Positions 17,146-34,077 of a DNA stretch of 64,000 nucleotides are shown piece by piece. Under the pieces are notes generated by a model that was given only the letters and a program-made list of their open reading frames with translations, searched no databases and had not been told where the DNA came from. A program made the translations under genes and the position numbers. Position 1 is the stretch's first letter. Each line of letters begins with the position of its first letter. Origin of the DNA: the human T2T-CHM13v2.0 reference genome, Homo sapiens; NCBI RefSeq assembly GCF_009914755.1, contig NC_060926.1; one strand, 5' to 3'.

Positions 17146-17570
<425 letters not shown>

Positions 17571-17934
17571 CATCAAGATCATTCCTATCCAAGCTTCATT
17601 GCCTAAATCTACGTTTGTCCCAAAAGGTGTCTCGTGTGAGACGTTGGGGTCCTTCTTCCCCTCATTCTTTATACTTCATGATGAAAACTATTAGTGGATT
17701 GAGAAAGAGGAACACAACAGAAGGACCCAAACAAACAAAAAGCCTGAGAATGAAAGATATTAGGCATCTTTCTAAAATTAAGGCACAGCTTCTGTTTGCA
17801 GCAATACGGTAGACTGAGGTATTAAAATCTCCCACTACAAAACACCTAGACATGCTGGATAAAGTATGTGTCCCTCTAAATGCATGCACGAGTCCACAGA
17901 AAAGTAAAAAGACTGAAGGCCAAATATGTTAGAG

Positions 17935-18408
17935 AGTGTGTTATTTTTCTACCCTGCCATTTAAAAATCACCATAATCTTAGTGGCTTGAGATAACGCAA
18001 ATTTACTATCTTACAGCTCTGGAGGTCAGACATCTGACGCAGGTCTCACTGGGCTGCATTCCCTAAGGGAAAATCCATTTCCATAGCTTTTTCCACTTCT
18101 AGGGGCCACTGACATTCCTTGGCTTGTGGCCCCTTCCTCCATCTCCAGAGTCTGCAACGGTGCATCTCTGGCCATTCTTCTGTCATCAGATCTCCTCTGA
18201 CTCTCTTGTGCCTCTCTCTTTCACTTGTACGAAACTTTGTGATGACACTGGGCCCACTCTGATAATCCAGGGCAATCATTCCATCTTAAATCAAATGATT
18301 AGCAATGGTAATTTTATCTGCAATTTGCATGCCATCTAGCGTATTCTCAGGCTCTGGAGACTAGGATGTGGGCATCTTTGGGGCAGGGGGCATTACTCTA
18401 CCTACCAC
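17935..18408 (-). mobile_element. MLT1 (MaLR) LTR, MLT1C/D-like
   Basis: CTTAGTGGCTT..TTACAGCTCTGGAGGTCAGA..GATAATCCAGG..CTACCTACCAC. Confidence 0.75.
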
Positions 18409-18799
18409 CGAGAAAAAACTGAAAATCAAAAACGTATAAGTGTGGCTGACACTTTGGCTGCCTTGGATGGGGAGGCTAGCAGTTTCCAAAGGGCTTGTTT
18501 TCACTAACCATGAAGGCAAGCAATGTGGCCCAGGCCCAGAGGAGGGGAGCTAGAAACAAGGCCACCCCACAAAGAGGATCATCAAAGGGCTATACTTTCG
18601 GAGAATAAATAAAAATCTGTTCATTGACCAAAAGTGGCCACAAAAGACTATGTCTATCTCAGATTGTCTCAAAATGTTTCCATGAGAATGCACAGCCTCA
18701 GGCCTGCCTGAAAGCATTGTCAAGGAATCCCACTGTTGAGAAATAATAAGAAAATAGCAATTCCAAGCTGTTAACACCCCTGGGGTGTCTGGCAAGAGC

Positions 18800-20230
18800 A
18801 AATCCAAAGCTCCTTTGAGGAACATACCCTCAGTCTGGGCTGCACATGTTCTACAAGTAAAGCTCCACCAACAGAGACACATGCCCCAAAACCACAAAGC
18901 AAATGAGGAAACAAGCCATGGTGAGCAACAGTCCAAGCAACAGTGCACCAAAGAACTCAACTCCTGGGAACTCCAAACAACAGAACACACGGAGGTAGAT
19001 TATAAAATAAGTATGCTTACAGTCGTTCGATAAAAGGAGTCAAGGGATGATACAGGAGCAAGACATTGTTAAGATAAAGACCAGGCTTGTTTGAAAATGA
19101 ACCAAATAGTGTTTATAGAATTGAAAACAACAATTATTGAAATGATGGACATGTTTAGTAGCAGATTAAATATAGCTGAAAAGAGCAATAGTGAACTGGA
19201 AACTAGATTGAAGAAATTTCCCAGAATGCCACTCAAGAGACATAAATAGGTGAAAAGTTTGAAAGAAAAGATAAAAATCAGAGAATGAAGACAGAAGATC
19301 CAGTTTCAGTTTACTAGAAACTCCTAAATGAGTAAATGAAGACAACAGAGAAAAGCAATACTCAAGAAAAAAATGGCTGAGAATTTTCCAGAATTGATGA
19401 AGGATATGCATCTTCTAATTCAGGGAGGTTTTTCTATTAGCTGTAAGTAAAATAATTAAAATTTATGAAATAGGAGAACTTCAAGACCAAGAGCAAGGAC
19501 AGCCAGACAGAAATGATAAATTGCCTACAGAGTGAGAATAGAATGACCTCAGACTTCTCAATAGCAATAACCAAAGTCTAAAGACAACAGAATAATATCT
19601 TCAAAGTGCCGGGAGAAAATAACCACTAATATGGAGTTCTATACTCAACTAAATTATTTTAGAATGAGGGTAACCTCTAGATCTAACTACAAATATGCAG
19701 GAAAAACAGGGGATAGAAGAACATGCTAAATGATACCACAGGAACGAGATCAGCAACATTCAGATTGTGGGAAATTCTGCAGGAAAAACAATTCAGTTTC
19801 TTCAAGAAATAAACTGCAAGAAAAAAATTTAAGAAAGACACAGGAAGAGAGGGAGAGAGGGAGAACCTTAAAAGATACTTAAGAGACAAATCAGTCCATC
19901 TCAAGGAATAAACATTATTTGAATAGATTCACACTACTTCAAAATTTATATTTATGAGACAATTGAAAATTTGAATGCTGATTGGATATTTGAAAATTAT
20001 AATGCATCATTGATAAATTTTTAGCTATTTTTATGGTATTACGTGTTTTTTTTTAAAAAAAGAATCCATATGTTTTAGAGATATATACTGATGTGATGAA
20101 ATGAAACTGGACTGGAAATGAGGTGTTAAAAATTTTGAGGTTGGATACATTGTGGTTCATTATTCTATTTTTGTGGTTGTTTGAAGTTTTCCTCTATACA
20201 AGTATAATAAAAATAATAGTAGTTATAATA
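18800..20230 (+). mobile_element. Old L1M remnants (ORF1-like region then L1MC-like 3' end)
   Basis: A-rich L1 phrases such as AATGGCTGAGAATTTTCCAGAATTGATGA and CAGACTTCTCAATAGCAA; many stops. Confidence 0.65.
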
Positions 20231-20416
20231 AAAGGAAGTGTTAGTTAAAAAGGCTTCTTCCAAGAATATGGGTAAGTAAATAGTGCTATATTAATATCAA
20301 GAAATATTGTGAAGAGTTAAAATTAAAGAAGCAGATTCACTTGTAGCAACATGAATAAATCACTTAAAATGATTGAGGGAGCAAGTTGTGGAATGATACA
20401 GTATGACACTATTTAT

Positions 20417-20615
20417 ATTGCAAAAGAAAATAAAATTTTAGGACCCTCTAAATGTATTATGCTAAGGGAGAAGTTAAGCCCCGAGACTGAGTCACACTGC
20501 CTGTTTGCAATTCTGATGCTTAGATTATAGTACCACTCTCTCTTCATTGTTCTTGTTCTGTAAATGACTAGGAAAGACTGGTGACCAGACCTCCCATTTC
20601 CAATCACCAATCTTT
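20417..20615 (+). mobile_element. 5' fragment of a MER4/MER34-group LTR
   Basis: AAAAGAAAATAAAATTTTAGGACCC..GAGACTGAGTCACAC..GACCAGACCTCC. Confidence 0.5.
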
Positions 20616-21205
20616 GGTGGGGAGAGTGTGGGACACAAGGGAGTCAGCGGGAGGGTTTTAGGTTCTGCCCTGGAGGAGCACTTGGAGGGGCCTAGCTCCC
20701 AAGCAGAAGTGGACCCTGGATGCCCAAGGCTGACCGGCAGTCATAAGAAGCTGCCTGGTGGAGAGGCACTGCCCGTTTCTTGGTAAGTTTGGTTGGAGAC
20801 TCCCTGTTTGGGAAAAGCCCTGAGAAAGAACCCCCAGGAGGGAGGGTCCATTTTGCATCTGTGTCTGCCCAGGCTGAAGAGGCTCAGGCCAAGTCTCCGA
20901 GGCATCAGTCAAGTGGCTCCTGTCCCACCCCAACTCCTCTTCCTCCCCCAGCTCCAAACCAGAGGAGCCTGAGAGCCTAGGGTGGGAGTGGGGTAGGGCA
21001 AGGCAGGAAACAGAGAGGTCAACGGCACCCAGCCCTGCTGGCATCCAGCCTCCACCGCCCTGAGCTGAGGGAGGAGAGATGCTCAGCTTTAAGCAAAGTT
21101 TTCTTTACACAGGACTGCATGTTTTCATTATTAAATGAGAGTGTGGCAGTGGCTAAAAGTCACTGGAGAACTTTTTCTTTCCAGGAAGTGACCTAAGATG
21201 TATTG

Positions 21206-21512
21206 AGCCTGGGTGCAGTGGCTCGCACATGTAATCCCAGCACTTTGGGAGGCAGAGGTGGGCGGACCACATGAAATCAGGAGTTTGAGACCAGCCTGGC
21301 CAATGTGGTAAAACCCTGTCTCTACTAAAAATACAAAAATTAGCTGGGCTTGGTGGCACACACCTTTAATTCCAGCTATGCGGGGAGGCTAAGGCAGGAG
21401 AATCACTGGAACCTGGGAGGCAGAGGCTGCAGTGAGCCAAGATGGTGCCACTGTGCTCCATCCCGGGCCACAGAACGAGACTCTGTCTCAAAAAAAAAAA
21501 AAAAAAAAAAAA
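21206..21512 (+). mobile_element. AluS
   Basis: Full dimer with a long A tail. Confidence 0.92.
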
Positions 21513-22037
21513 GTATTCTGAATAGCCCAAGTCTTCATCGGAGGTGGAGGAGGGAGGGGCTAGAAATGACACACAGGTGTGCAGGGACCCCAAGGGAAAG
21601 AGGACACACGGGAGAGAGGACGTGCGGCCCAGCAACTGGCGATGCTGGCCAGTGGACTCCTGTGGCTGCCAGCTCAGCAGCCCTCCTGCTTTTGTCAGAG
21701 CACCTGTCCATCACAGGCCAAGCCCCTCAGGAGAGCCACAGAAACATGAGCCAGGAGCTGGGGAGGCCCCAGATCCTGAGCTAAGATTCCTGGATGGCCC
21801 TGGCTGATGCTTGGCTGGTCTGCTGGTCCTTCCATTTGACAAATGCCCAGTGTCCCTCTGATAAGTTCCTTTTTACTTTCACCTAAATGGCTCTGCTGTC
21901 TCTGTGCTGGTCCCCCACCTTCCTGATGGGTGTGCTTGCCTCGGCCGGGAAGGGGCTGTGGAGCCGCCTCACGCTGGCATTTGCTTGTGCTGGGCCCTTG
22001 GCTCGCTCATGAACCCCGGCCAGCTTCCCAGACCTGA

Positions 22038-22620
<583 letters not shown>

Positions 22621-22754
22621 TCTAACACTATTGAAAGGGAAGGTAGAGCTCTCTGCAGAGCCTAATTTACAATCAGTTGTGCTGGTAAAAGCAAATAGTA
22701 ATGGAAAATGAATGAATGATGAGATTATTGATCAGTCTTTTGTTTCTGAAGGCA

Positions 22755-24250
22755 TCTTTTATTACGGAAATGTTCACACGTACACAAAGTAGAGAGCATA
22801 ATGTCATGAGCCCCCACTCACCACCCTGCTTCCACAGTTAACAACATCTGCCTAATCTTGGGTCATCTCTTCCTCCCGCAGCCTCCCCACCTTCCCACAC
22901 ACACAATACCCACCTCCTGCAGCAAGCTGGGTTATTTTAAAGCAAATCCAAGATGCCATAACATTTCAGCCATAAACATTTATATCTTTAAGAGCTATCT
23001 CCAAGAGATAAAGTCTCTTTTTTTAAAACATAACTACCATTATCACAACAAAAAAATTAACAGTAATTCCCAAATATCATCAAATACACACAGTCAGCAT
23101 TCAAATTTCCCCGAGTTGCTCTCTTTTCTTCATGCATTGGAAGAATTAATATTTTTGGCTTTTATTTTATTTTTAAAAATTATCTCTTAAATGTCTTTTT
23201 ACAAGTGGTTTATTTGAATCTGATTCAAACGAAGTCCAGCATTGTACTTGGTTAATATGTCTCCTATATTGCTTCATCTGTAACAGTTCTCCTCTCCCCT
23301 TGGTTTTTTTTTTGCTTTTTGGTTTTTGTTTTTTTTAGATACGGAGTTTCGTTCTTGTTGCCCAGGTGGAGTGCAGTGGCGTGATCTCAGCTCACTGCAA
23401 ACTGCCTCCCAGGTTCAAGCAATTCTCCTGCCTCAGCCTCCCAAGTAGCTGGAATTACAGGAGCCCGCCACCATGCCTGGATAATTTCTGTATTTTTAGT
23501 AGAGATGGGGTTTCACCATGTTGGCCAGGCTGGTCTGGAACCCCTGACCTCAGGTTATCCACCCGCCTTGGCCTCCCAAAGTGCTGGGATTACAGGCATG
23601 AGCCACCTCGCCTGGCCCCTCCTCTTGTTTTTTGCCTGTCACGTATTTGTTTTGTTGGAAACCTGAGACATTGGTCCTATAGACCTCACTCTATTCTGGA
23701 TTTTGCTGACTGCATCCCCATGGAGTTTGTTTGTGTGTTTGTTTGTTATGAAGTCTTGCTCTGTCACCCAGGCTGGAGTGTAATGGCGGATCACAGCTCA
23801 CTGCAGCCTCAACCTCCCAGACTTAAGCAATCCTCCAGCCTCAGCCTCCCAAATAGCTAGGACTACAGGCATGCACCACCACACTCAGCTAAGTTTTTTG
23901 ATTTTTAGTAGACAGGATCTCACTGTGTTGCCCAAGCTTGTCTCAAACTCCTGGCCTCAAGCAATCCTCCTGCCTCAACCTCCCCAGAGTGCTGAAATTA
24001 CAGGTGTGAGCCACCACGCCCAGCCCCCATGGAGTTTTGACATCTCCCTGTATACCACATATTTCCTATAAACCAGTAGCGAACCTAGAAACTTGTCCAG
24101 CTGAATCTCCATTTCTTTGGCGTGGATGCTTCCTGGGTGGCGCCCTGCACTTCCTGCTACATCACACCAGGAGGCCCCCGTGTCTGGCTGCTTCCCTTCC
24201 TGTTCAGTGAGACTCAGCAGCGGGCACAGGTGCTACCCCCAGCCCGCACT
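22755..24250 (-). mobile_element. L1MC-like 3' end interrupted by two antisense Alus (23300-23617, 23740-24026)
   Basis: TTTTATT..CAAAGTAGAGAGCATAAT and TATTTTAAAGCAAATCCAAGA phrases; Alu consensus blocks. Confidence 0.7.
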
Positions 24251-26177
24251 TTGCTATTCACCCTGTGCTGATCCCCAGGCAGAGCCACACTTCACGAGAG
24301 GGTCACACTGTATGTATACCCAGGGAATAAGAGGTCACTTCAAGTCGCTTAGTTATTCTCAATATTTTTAAATTTCAGTCTCAAACAGAATGCAATTTCA
24401 TCTAGTTTATAAAACTTAATATACGTATACTGCTACCTCAAAGTAATCAATCCAACACTTGGCCAGTTAATATGACCTAATTTCACATTTACCTGTACAT
24501 TTACAGCATTCATACTAGAGTTATTCTGCTACCACACAGAGATTTCAACTTTATTATATACTTTAACAAAAATGGTATGTGAAATGGATATTATGTCTAT
24601 TTACTTAAGGGTTATTTTGCAGAGTGACTTACTAAATGGAAAAAAAACTGTATGGTCTATATTAGTAAGAAAGTAATTTTTGGAGAAGGATTATGTAAAA
24701 GGAATTACAGAATTGGGAATAAGCTGTTTCAGGCATGATGACAAGGCAAGAGCATCAGGAAATCACGGTGTTTCCTCTTAGCAACCGGTGAGCAGCAGGA
24801 AAGGCAACAGAACTCCTCAGGACCCAGCACTCCCGGAGCCACGGCTTCCCAGAGAGCCTGGCACAGGCACACAACTGGGTGAGGGTTCTTGTGTGGATAT
24901 TTAAAACAACACCATCAAGATAAAAATATTGTTGTATCTGTAGCATCTCTATTTATGTATTTATTTTCCCTTGAAATAAAAATGTTCTAAAGTTACATTG
25001 TTTTCCATGCTGCCTGTTTTATTACTTCTCACAACTTAGGCAACAAAATTTTACGTCATCATATTTCCAGTTCTTATACGTCTGCTCTACTCTGTATTTA
25101 GATTTGGTTAGAAAATCTGATTATTCTTGATTTCACCAGGAGCTTTCTTTTTTATTTATTTATTATTTATTTATTATTTATTTCTTCCAAATAAAAACTA
25201 ATAGTCAACTTCATTAGGCATTATGACTAGAAAATTAAGCACTCGTTGTGGAGAGAAAAGTATTCTTATACAGCCATTTTATTTTATTTTATTTTATTTT
25301 ATTTTATTTTATTTTATTTTTGAGAAAGGGTCTCACTCTGTCACCCAGGCTGAAGTGCAGTGGTGCCATCATAGATAGCTCACTGCAGACCCAACCTCCT
25401 GAGCTCAAACGATCCTCCTGCCTCAGTCTTCCGAGTAACTAGGACCATAGGTGTGCACCACCACGCCCGGCTAATTTTTGTATTTTTGGTAGAGACAGGG
25501 TTTCACCATGTTGCTCAGGCTGGTCTCGAACTTCTGGCTCAAGCAATCCTCCCACCTTGACCTCCCAAAGTGCTGGGATTACAGGCGTGAGCCACCGCAC
25601 CCGGCCAGCCCTTTTAAGTTTGAGCCCTTTAACAGGATCTAAATCTGGTGCTCAGGATAAAATGTTGCCTCTGGTGCTTTCTTCCCATAATTACAGTATT
25701 ACAGAGGCATTCTTAATGTTCCCTCTTCAAATTAGAAACAGTAAGTTGAAATTGCCTTCAACTTACTGTTGATGGCAATTTGAGCCCAGATGCCAGTATT
25801 AGAGAACATATATTGAAGAACTGAATTTGTAAGTAAACCACCATTTCCCTGTACAAGTAAATGCACAGGATACTGCCAGTCATTAAATATTGAGTCTAGC
25901 ACAATGTATGAAGCATAAAAATTCACTGCCACTGGTTTTTAAACAGCTGTTTCCCCCAAAGAAAGGGCAACTTCTGGTATGCACCAGTAAAATAGCAACC
26001 TTTTTACATTACTTTGCATAAAGATTTACAAGTGTCCCAGGACCTGGGAGGCCAGTCTATAACAAGACAGCCTTTAGCGACATCGCTTTCCTTCTCCACG
26101 GTGATCAGCGACACACAAATACCCACTGTGTGTCGGCGAGCTGGTCTGCTACATCAGCCCAGGTTTAAAATCTAGGC
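23140..26177 (-). other. CYP27C1: Probable CYP27C1 3' UTR (end uncertain)
   Basis: Follows the stop codon; candidate minus-strand AATAAA at 25018-25023, 23209-23214, 23161-23166 and 22758-22763; the true cleavage site cannot be read from DNA alone. Confidence 0.5.
25277..25606 (-). mobile_element. AluJ/S with (TTTTA)n tail in the 3' UTR
   Basis: Alu consensus, sense to CYP27C1. Confidence 0.9.
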
Positions 26178-26294
26178 TTACTTTCTGTTAACAAATCGCA
26201 CGTGGATGGGCCCCCCTGGCGTCAGGAGCCCGTGGGTTTTTGCATGAACAGCATTGGTCTGAGAAGATGTTTTGATCTCAAAATGTTGAAGCAA
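26178..26294 (-). CDS. CYP27C1: CYP27C1 coding exon 9 (LLQHFEIK...IHVRFVNRK-stop)
   Basis: Polypyrimidine tract plus AG at 26296-26295; TAA at 26180-26178; exon lengths sum to 1629 nt = 542 aa + stop. Confidence 0.96.
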   Translation of the reverse strand: MLQHFEIKTSSQTNAVHAKTHGLLTPGGPIHVRFVNRK

Positions 26295-27187
26295 CTAAGA
26301 AGAGAAAGAGAGAGAAGGGGTCAGAATTGGAACAGCAGAAAATTCTCAGTGCTCCCTGAATGCTTTTACTCTTCCTGTGGCGGCACTGGGCTGCAGAGAG
26401 CGCAGGCAATGAGCACCCACATCCAGCTTTTGGAGGCTACAGAACCTCCAGGTCAGTGGGAAGCCCGCTGTTTGGAAACAGAACTTTAGATCCCGTACCA
26501 GAGCCTAGGCATGTCCACTAAGCAGCTGGGCAGCCGGTGGGACAGAGATGCAGGCAGATGCTCAGATGACTTAAGTTTCACTTGCCATTTCAAATTCTAA
26601 CTCTTTTGCTTCCATTGCAGGTCTAGATGAAGAAGGCATCAAAGGAGCAGGGGGAAATGCGGAACAAAGTGAAATTCCGGGTTTCCTGCTGGTTCTGAAA
26701 CTGCAGACACTTCAGACCCGGCCAGAAACAGAGGCGGAGAGAGCTGAATCCTCCGAAAGACTTCATCGTGCTACTATCCTGAATTTAAATATTCTTGGTT
26801 CGTAACTTTGATTCCATTTCTCATTTCTACAGTTCAAAAGCAGAACCAGCCCTGCCTCCCAGGGTAAAACTGGAATGTACCTACACGGTGAGTTTGAAAG
26901 AACACCTAAAGCAATTATCTCCCCCGGCGGCCGGCTAGGGTTTGGAGTTCAAAGTCAGCCCTGGGCTTAGGAATACAGGTAACCTGCTCTAAAGACTTCT
27001 GTCCACGGACAGGCTCCTGGGGGGAGGAGGGACCTTGCTTTCAGCCCATTTGGAAAGGGCAGGGGGCAGATGAGCTGGCAATACCATAGTCTCCTACTTA
27101 GCGCCCAGGCTGTCCCCACCCTGCCCTTCCTCTCTGTCCAGCTTTGTCTCCCAGGCAAAGAAGCTGCACCCAGAATGGGCTGGGGCT

Positions 27188-27700
<513 letters not shown>

Positions 27701-28294
27701 TTTAAGGTATCTCTTTTAAATAATTAAGAGTCAGACAGGGCACCAAGGCTCAAGGGTCAAGGCTTGCAATGGGGACGCAGGCGGAACTCATGCCTTTGTC
27801 ACTATTAAAGAAATGAGCTGAACAGCATGTTTTCAGGCAGCTACATCATTTGCTGGCATCTGGGTGGCTCAGCCTAAACACCTAACCTCTGACCCCTCGT
27901 GCTGACCTCTCAGAAACGCCTGCTCATTCCCATGCGGTAGAGGGAAGACTCACATGTGGACATGTGGGTCTCCTAACTTCAAGGCCATCGTGCCACACGG
28001 TATTTTTTCTTTTCTGAGTGGTTTGTTTGTTGAAAAAATTAAAACTATGCAGGAGACAAAAGACAAAAAACACTGCCCCCCCCTCCGCCCCCCTACATCC
28101 AGTTTCCAGCTCCCAGGGAGCTGGGGTGGATCTTCCAAACATTCCTGTTCAATCAAATATCTTTTTCCTGATTTTAAGGGAACACATTAATATCACACCA
28201 TGAAAGCTGTCCCTTTCCTTCCCAGTAGCCTTCAGGCATGTTCCTGTACTGTTGGGGCAGACGCCATTTATTTGGTTAAGAAAGGCCCCACTGT

Positions 28295-28541
28295 TGGGAG
28301 TTGAACAATGAGAACACATGGACACAGGGAGGGGAACATCACACACAGGGGCCTGTCAGGGGGATAGGGGGAAGAGGAGGGAAAGCATTAGGACAAATAC
28401 CTAATGCATGTGGGGCTTAAAACCTAGTGGACGGGTTGATGGGTGCAGCAAACCACCATGGCACATGTATACCTATGTAACAAACCTACGTGTTCTGCAC
28501 ATGTATCCCAGAACTTAAAGTAAAATTAAAAAAAAAAAAAA
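28295..28541 (+). mobile_element. 5'-truncated L1PA 3' end
   Basis: L1PA 3' UTR plus poly-A; 19-bp TSD AAGAAAGGC(C/T)CCACTGTTG at 28278-28296 and 28542-28560. Confidence 0.92.
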
Positions 28542-28569
28542 AAGAAAGGCTCCACTGTTGCTTCTGTGC

Positions 28570-30172
<1,603 letters not shown>

Positions 30173-32062
30173 CCGTGATGCTCCCTTTCTACACTTGCCC
30201 AGGTAGAAATGAGGACTTTTTAAGCAAAAACTTTAGCAGGTATATTCATATGTTGACAGCAGCAAACAAGACCCCATCACGAGCTCCAAATACCATTTCA
30301 CCGCTGGCCTCTTGCTCAGGTGTCTACCCCGGTTCTTCAGGCAGCCAGAGCCTGGGGGCAACAAGCATCCCTCCCAACTCACCGATGCCCTTCGGGAGGG
30401 TGCAGTGGCTGCGGGAGGCACAGCAGCATTTTAGGGAGCTGAGACCTTCCTGAAAACACTCCCCACAGCAGACTTAGTGCAGGGCTCAGAAGATGAGAAC
30501 AGCTTCCACTTCTTGGGCACAGACTCTGTGCGTGGACTGTTTTTACTCCTCACACACCTATCAGGCAGGGATTTGGCCCCTTTTGTAAATGACGTGACAG
30601 GCTCAGCTCAGGTGGCTGAGAAACCTGCCAAGGTCCCGGAGCCAGCAAGTGGCAGAACTGAGGGTGAAGCCAGCTTGCCCTGAGCTCCCCCTACACATCG
30701 AGCTGCCACTCACATACTCCCAGGGACAGGGGCAGCGGCCACATCCACACAAAGGTGGGATGGCCACTTGGTCCCACCAGCCCCACCCCAGCAGAGTCTC
30801 ATGGGCCACCTGTGCCTCCAGAGCCAGCCCTGAGCCAGTGGGGGTTCTCCCCACACCTCGTTCTGTGCCTCCTCCCTGGGCAGTAGACCCTTACCTTCTC
30901 CAGCTCTGGTGCCCACCCTGAGCCTGACCATCCAGAATCCCTCTACCCCTCCTCCCAGCCAACCAGGCTTCCCTGGTCCCTTACTCTCCCTTCTGCCCAG
31001 CTCCGGTCTCCCAGTGAGCCTGGAGGGGGCACCTGCATGACTTGTAGGGGAAAAGTCAAGACACCTGGATCCTGCCCTGCACCTGCCACTGTGGGACTTG
31101 GTAAGTGGCTGTTGCTTTCTGAGCCTCGGTTTCCTCATCAGTAAAATGGGGAGATGAGGTCACCAGGCACTCCCCACATTCTCCAAATGTTCAGGCAACG
31201 ATGGAGCTCCCAAACTTCGGGCCAAGGTTTCCCGTCGCTGAAACAGTCTTCTCCAACTTGCAGGAGAGGCTAATGGGTGGAATTTTCTCCGCCATTGACT
31301 TTACTTTTATAAAATTTCCTTCAGGTGTTATTTAGTTCCTGCTATAGCCTGAATCCAGATACGGTGCAAACCCAGAATTATGTATCTTCACATGTAAGGT
31401 GTTCTCTAACAACACCCAGGGCTTCCTGATGTTTCACAACCTAAGAAGCTTGAGAACCACTGCTCTGTGTAAATGGTTGGGTCAGTTAAACAAAGGAGAC
31501 CAGCAAGAGCACCACTGTGCCTTTCCCGGGGGGGGCTGCTGCTGACGGTGCCTGAGAGGCCAGCTCCTAACTGCAGACACGGCCACTAGAGGTGGAGGCG
31601 GGGTCCCCAATCCCCACAGGGCCTCGCTTAGACCTCCAGGGTTTCTCAGAGTGTAGCCCACGCACCGCACCATCGGCATCGGCAGGAGCAGTGGACACCC
31701 CACCCCTAACCCATCAAACCCGTGACTCTGCAGGCGGGGCTAGGAGTCCGCCTTGTAAGGTGCTCCCTGCTGGCTTTATGCTCCCTAGCGTTTGAAGACC
31801 ACTCATTTGACTCCCGCTCCCCTCTCTCCTAACTCACCGTGTGGTGGCAGGAGAGCTGGGCTCTGGGCCCCTGGCACCCCCAGTGACACACACCCCATCC
31901 AAATCTTCAGGCCATGGCCTGTCGTCCACCCACATGATGGACGTGAAGGAGGAGTGAAGCAAGGCAGGAAGCCATGGGGTTGAAGATGGCTACCACGGTT
32001 GGAGGACAGGGTGGGCACGGGAGATGGGGAGGCATTTTCAAAGGATTTCATGCAGAGCTCTT

Positions 32063-32215
32063 ATTTTTGGATAGGGTCTCACTCTGTCGCCCAGGCTGGA
32101 GTGCCATGGTGTGATCACGGCTCACTGCAGCCTTGAACTCCTGGGTTCAAGTGAGCCTCCCGCCTCAGCCTCCTGAGTAGCTGGGACCACAGGTGTGAGC
32201 CACAGTGCCTGACGG
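32063..32215 (-). mobile_element. FLAM or Alu monomer
   Basis: Single-arm Alu consensus. Confidence 0.8.
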
Positions 32216-32332
32216 CTCTTGATCTTAAGTTTCCAAAACCGTCTTTGCTTTTCAACCTGGAAGTCTTTATCCTGTTGTGCCCAGTAGAAAGAGGCCGAAC
32301 CCAAAGGCCAACGTTTGGCCTCCACGCCCTAC

Positions 32333-32536
32333 CTGGATCACGACGAGGTGAATCTCCAGTTCTGCAATTCTCCGCCCTATGCAGCTGCGAACCCCATGAC
32401 CAAAGGGGATGGATCCAAAATTGTCAACTCTATCTAAGTCTCCTTTCCGCAGCCAGCGCTCAGGCCGGAACTCCTTGGCCCGAGGGAAGTTCTCATCCTG
32501 GTACGATGTGGCATAGTGGCAAAGGGCCAGCTGGGT
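32333..32536 (-). CDS. CYP27C1: CYP27C1 coding exon 8 (TQLALCHY...FRPERW...PFGHGVRSCIGRRIAELE...VIQ)
   Basis: Translated by hand; AG at 32538-32537, donor GTAGGG at 32332; 204 nt; PERW motif and heme-ligand FxxGxRxCxG (Cys codon 32381-32383). Confidence 0.98.
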
Positions 32537-33027
32537 CTGAGGAAATCAGGGATGACAGAAAAGGGATAAGGGGCAGAATCACTCAAGAGCAGGGCAGGGC
32601 CCAGAGCCCTAGCCGGACAGTCTCCCGGGGTGCTCCCGCCTGGGGGCCGCCCGGGTCCACTCACACCCAGGATGGCAGCCGCTCCCCCCTTCCCACTCCA
32701 CACTGCACCCCAAATGTCACTGCAGCCACTGAGAAGACCGTCGAGCCCTTCAGAGACCCCCAGCGGTGACTGGCCACTTCCACACGGCCTGGGGAGCAGG
32801 CCAAGGAGCATGGGCTGCCTTGCTGGTGAGCAGTAAGTTTCCAGAGCAGTGAGATCACACCATTCCCTTCCTTTCTCCCAACACCCCATCTTCATCTTAA
32901 AATACATGCAAAAGAAAAGGAAACCTATTGATCTCTGCTTAGGGACAAAGACTTCCTGAAGGTAGAAGCAGATTCCAATTCAACCCCGACCCGCAAGGCC
33001 TGGCCACCCCCATGGCCCCAAACTCAC

Positions 33028-33106
33028 GCCTTTCGGAATCAGATACCCGCCAATAACCAGGTCTTCCTGGGTGACCCGGCCGTTCCCTGGCAGCACTGGA
33101 AACAGC
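33028..33106 (-). CDS. CYP27C1: CYP27C1 coding exon 7 (LFPVLPGNGRVTQEDLVIGGYLIPKG)
   Basis: Translated by hand; AG at 33108-33107, donor GTGAGT at 33027; 79 nt; GYxIPKG motif. Confidence 0.97.
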
Positions 33107-34077
33107 CTGGAAAAGAGCCAATGGGGACGGGAATGGCGTGGTGACTTTCACAGTATTTTATTGAACGTTCAGAACCCTGGATATATTCCCATTTCCATTA
33201 AAAATTCTTAAAAAGTAACACATGGTACATTTTCAACTGAAACATTTTGCAAGGACCTTTGCTGCTTCTTTGTTGGCTTGCTTTACCAGCGAGTATTCTG
33301 AGGAATGTGGAAAAGACTCCCAAAGCAAAACATTTGCAAAACACAAAGCCAAGCCTTTCACATGCCATTGTGTTCCCAGGAGGGAAATTCCAAGTTTCTA
33401 ATATTTTATGTGACCACGGGACCACTTTATCAAGGAATAGTTCATAGGACTTAAGGCCCTATGAAATGCATTTGGAGAAAAGATACTTCGGCGATCGGAT
33501 TATCTCAGAAAACCCTGAATAAAACTTTAATTGACAAATACCAATAAACCCCACAGCCAGCTGCTTCTTTTTTTTTAATTTTGAGGTTCAACAGCATGCT
33601 ATATAGGTTGACGGTCATTATCAAGTCAGCTTTGAAAGAATTCTTTAGTATATACTGCAGAAAACAAGCTTTGCTTTTTGTCGCAGCATTTCCTCACAGA
33701 GGATGCCGTGTTTGGGGGAAGGGATGTAATCCGTCCCTAATCCTACCTCCTACCCAAACCATCCCCTCAACCCAGGACAACCCACATCCCTCCGGCTTTT
33801 CTGTTTGTCAGGAAAGCCCTGTCTGGGAGTAATTGAGCCTCACTGGGTGGCGTCTCAACCCAGATGAGGACATTCACTCAAGAACCATGAGGTTTGTATC
33901 CAGGTCTGCAAATCAGCTGAACAGGCCAAACTATTTTCCTAACAAATCGATCTTGTTTCGTGTTATCTTCAGAGGAACAAAGTCAAAGGCCATTGACCCA
34001 GGAACATTTTGGGAAACCCCCAGTAAGCCAATTGGCTAAAGCAGGGACAATATTCAATGACTGCTCCAAAGATCTTT

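Noticed and set aside
23300-25606. Inverted-Alu hairpin in the 3' UTR
   Set aside because: All three UTR Alus have the same orientation.
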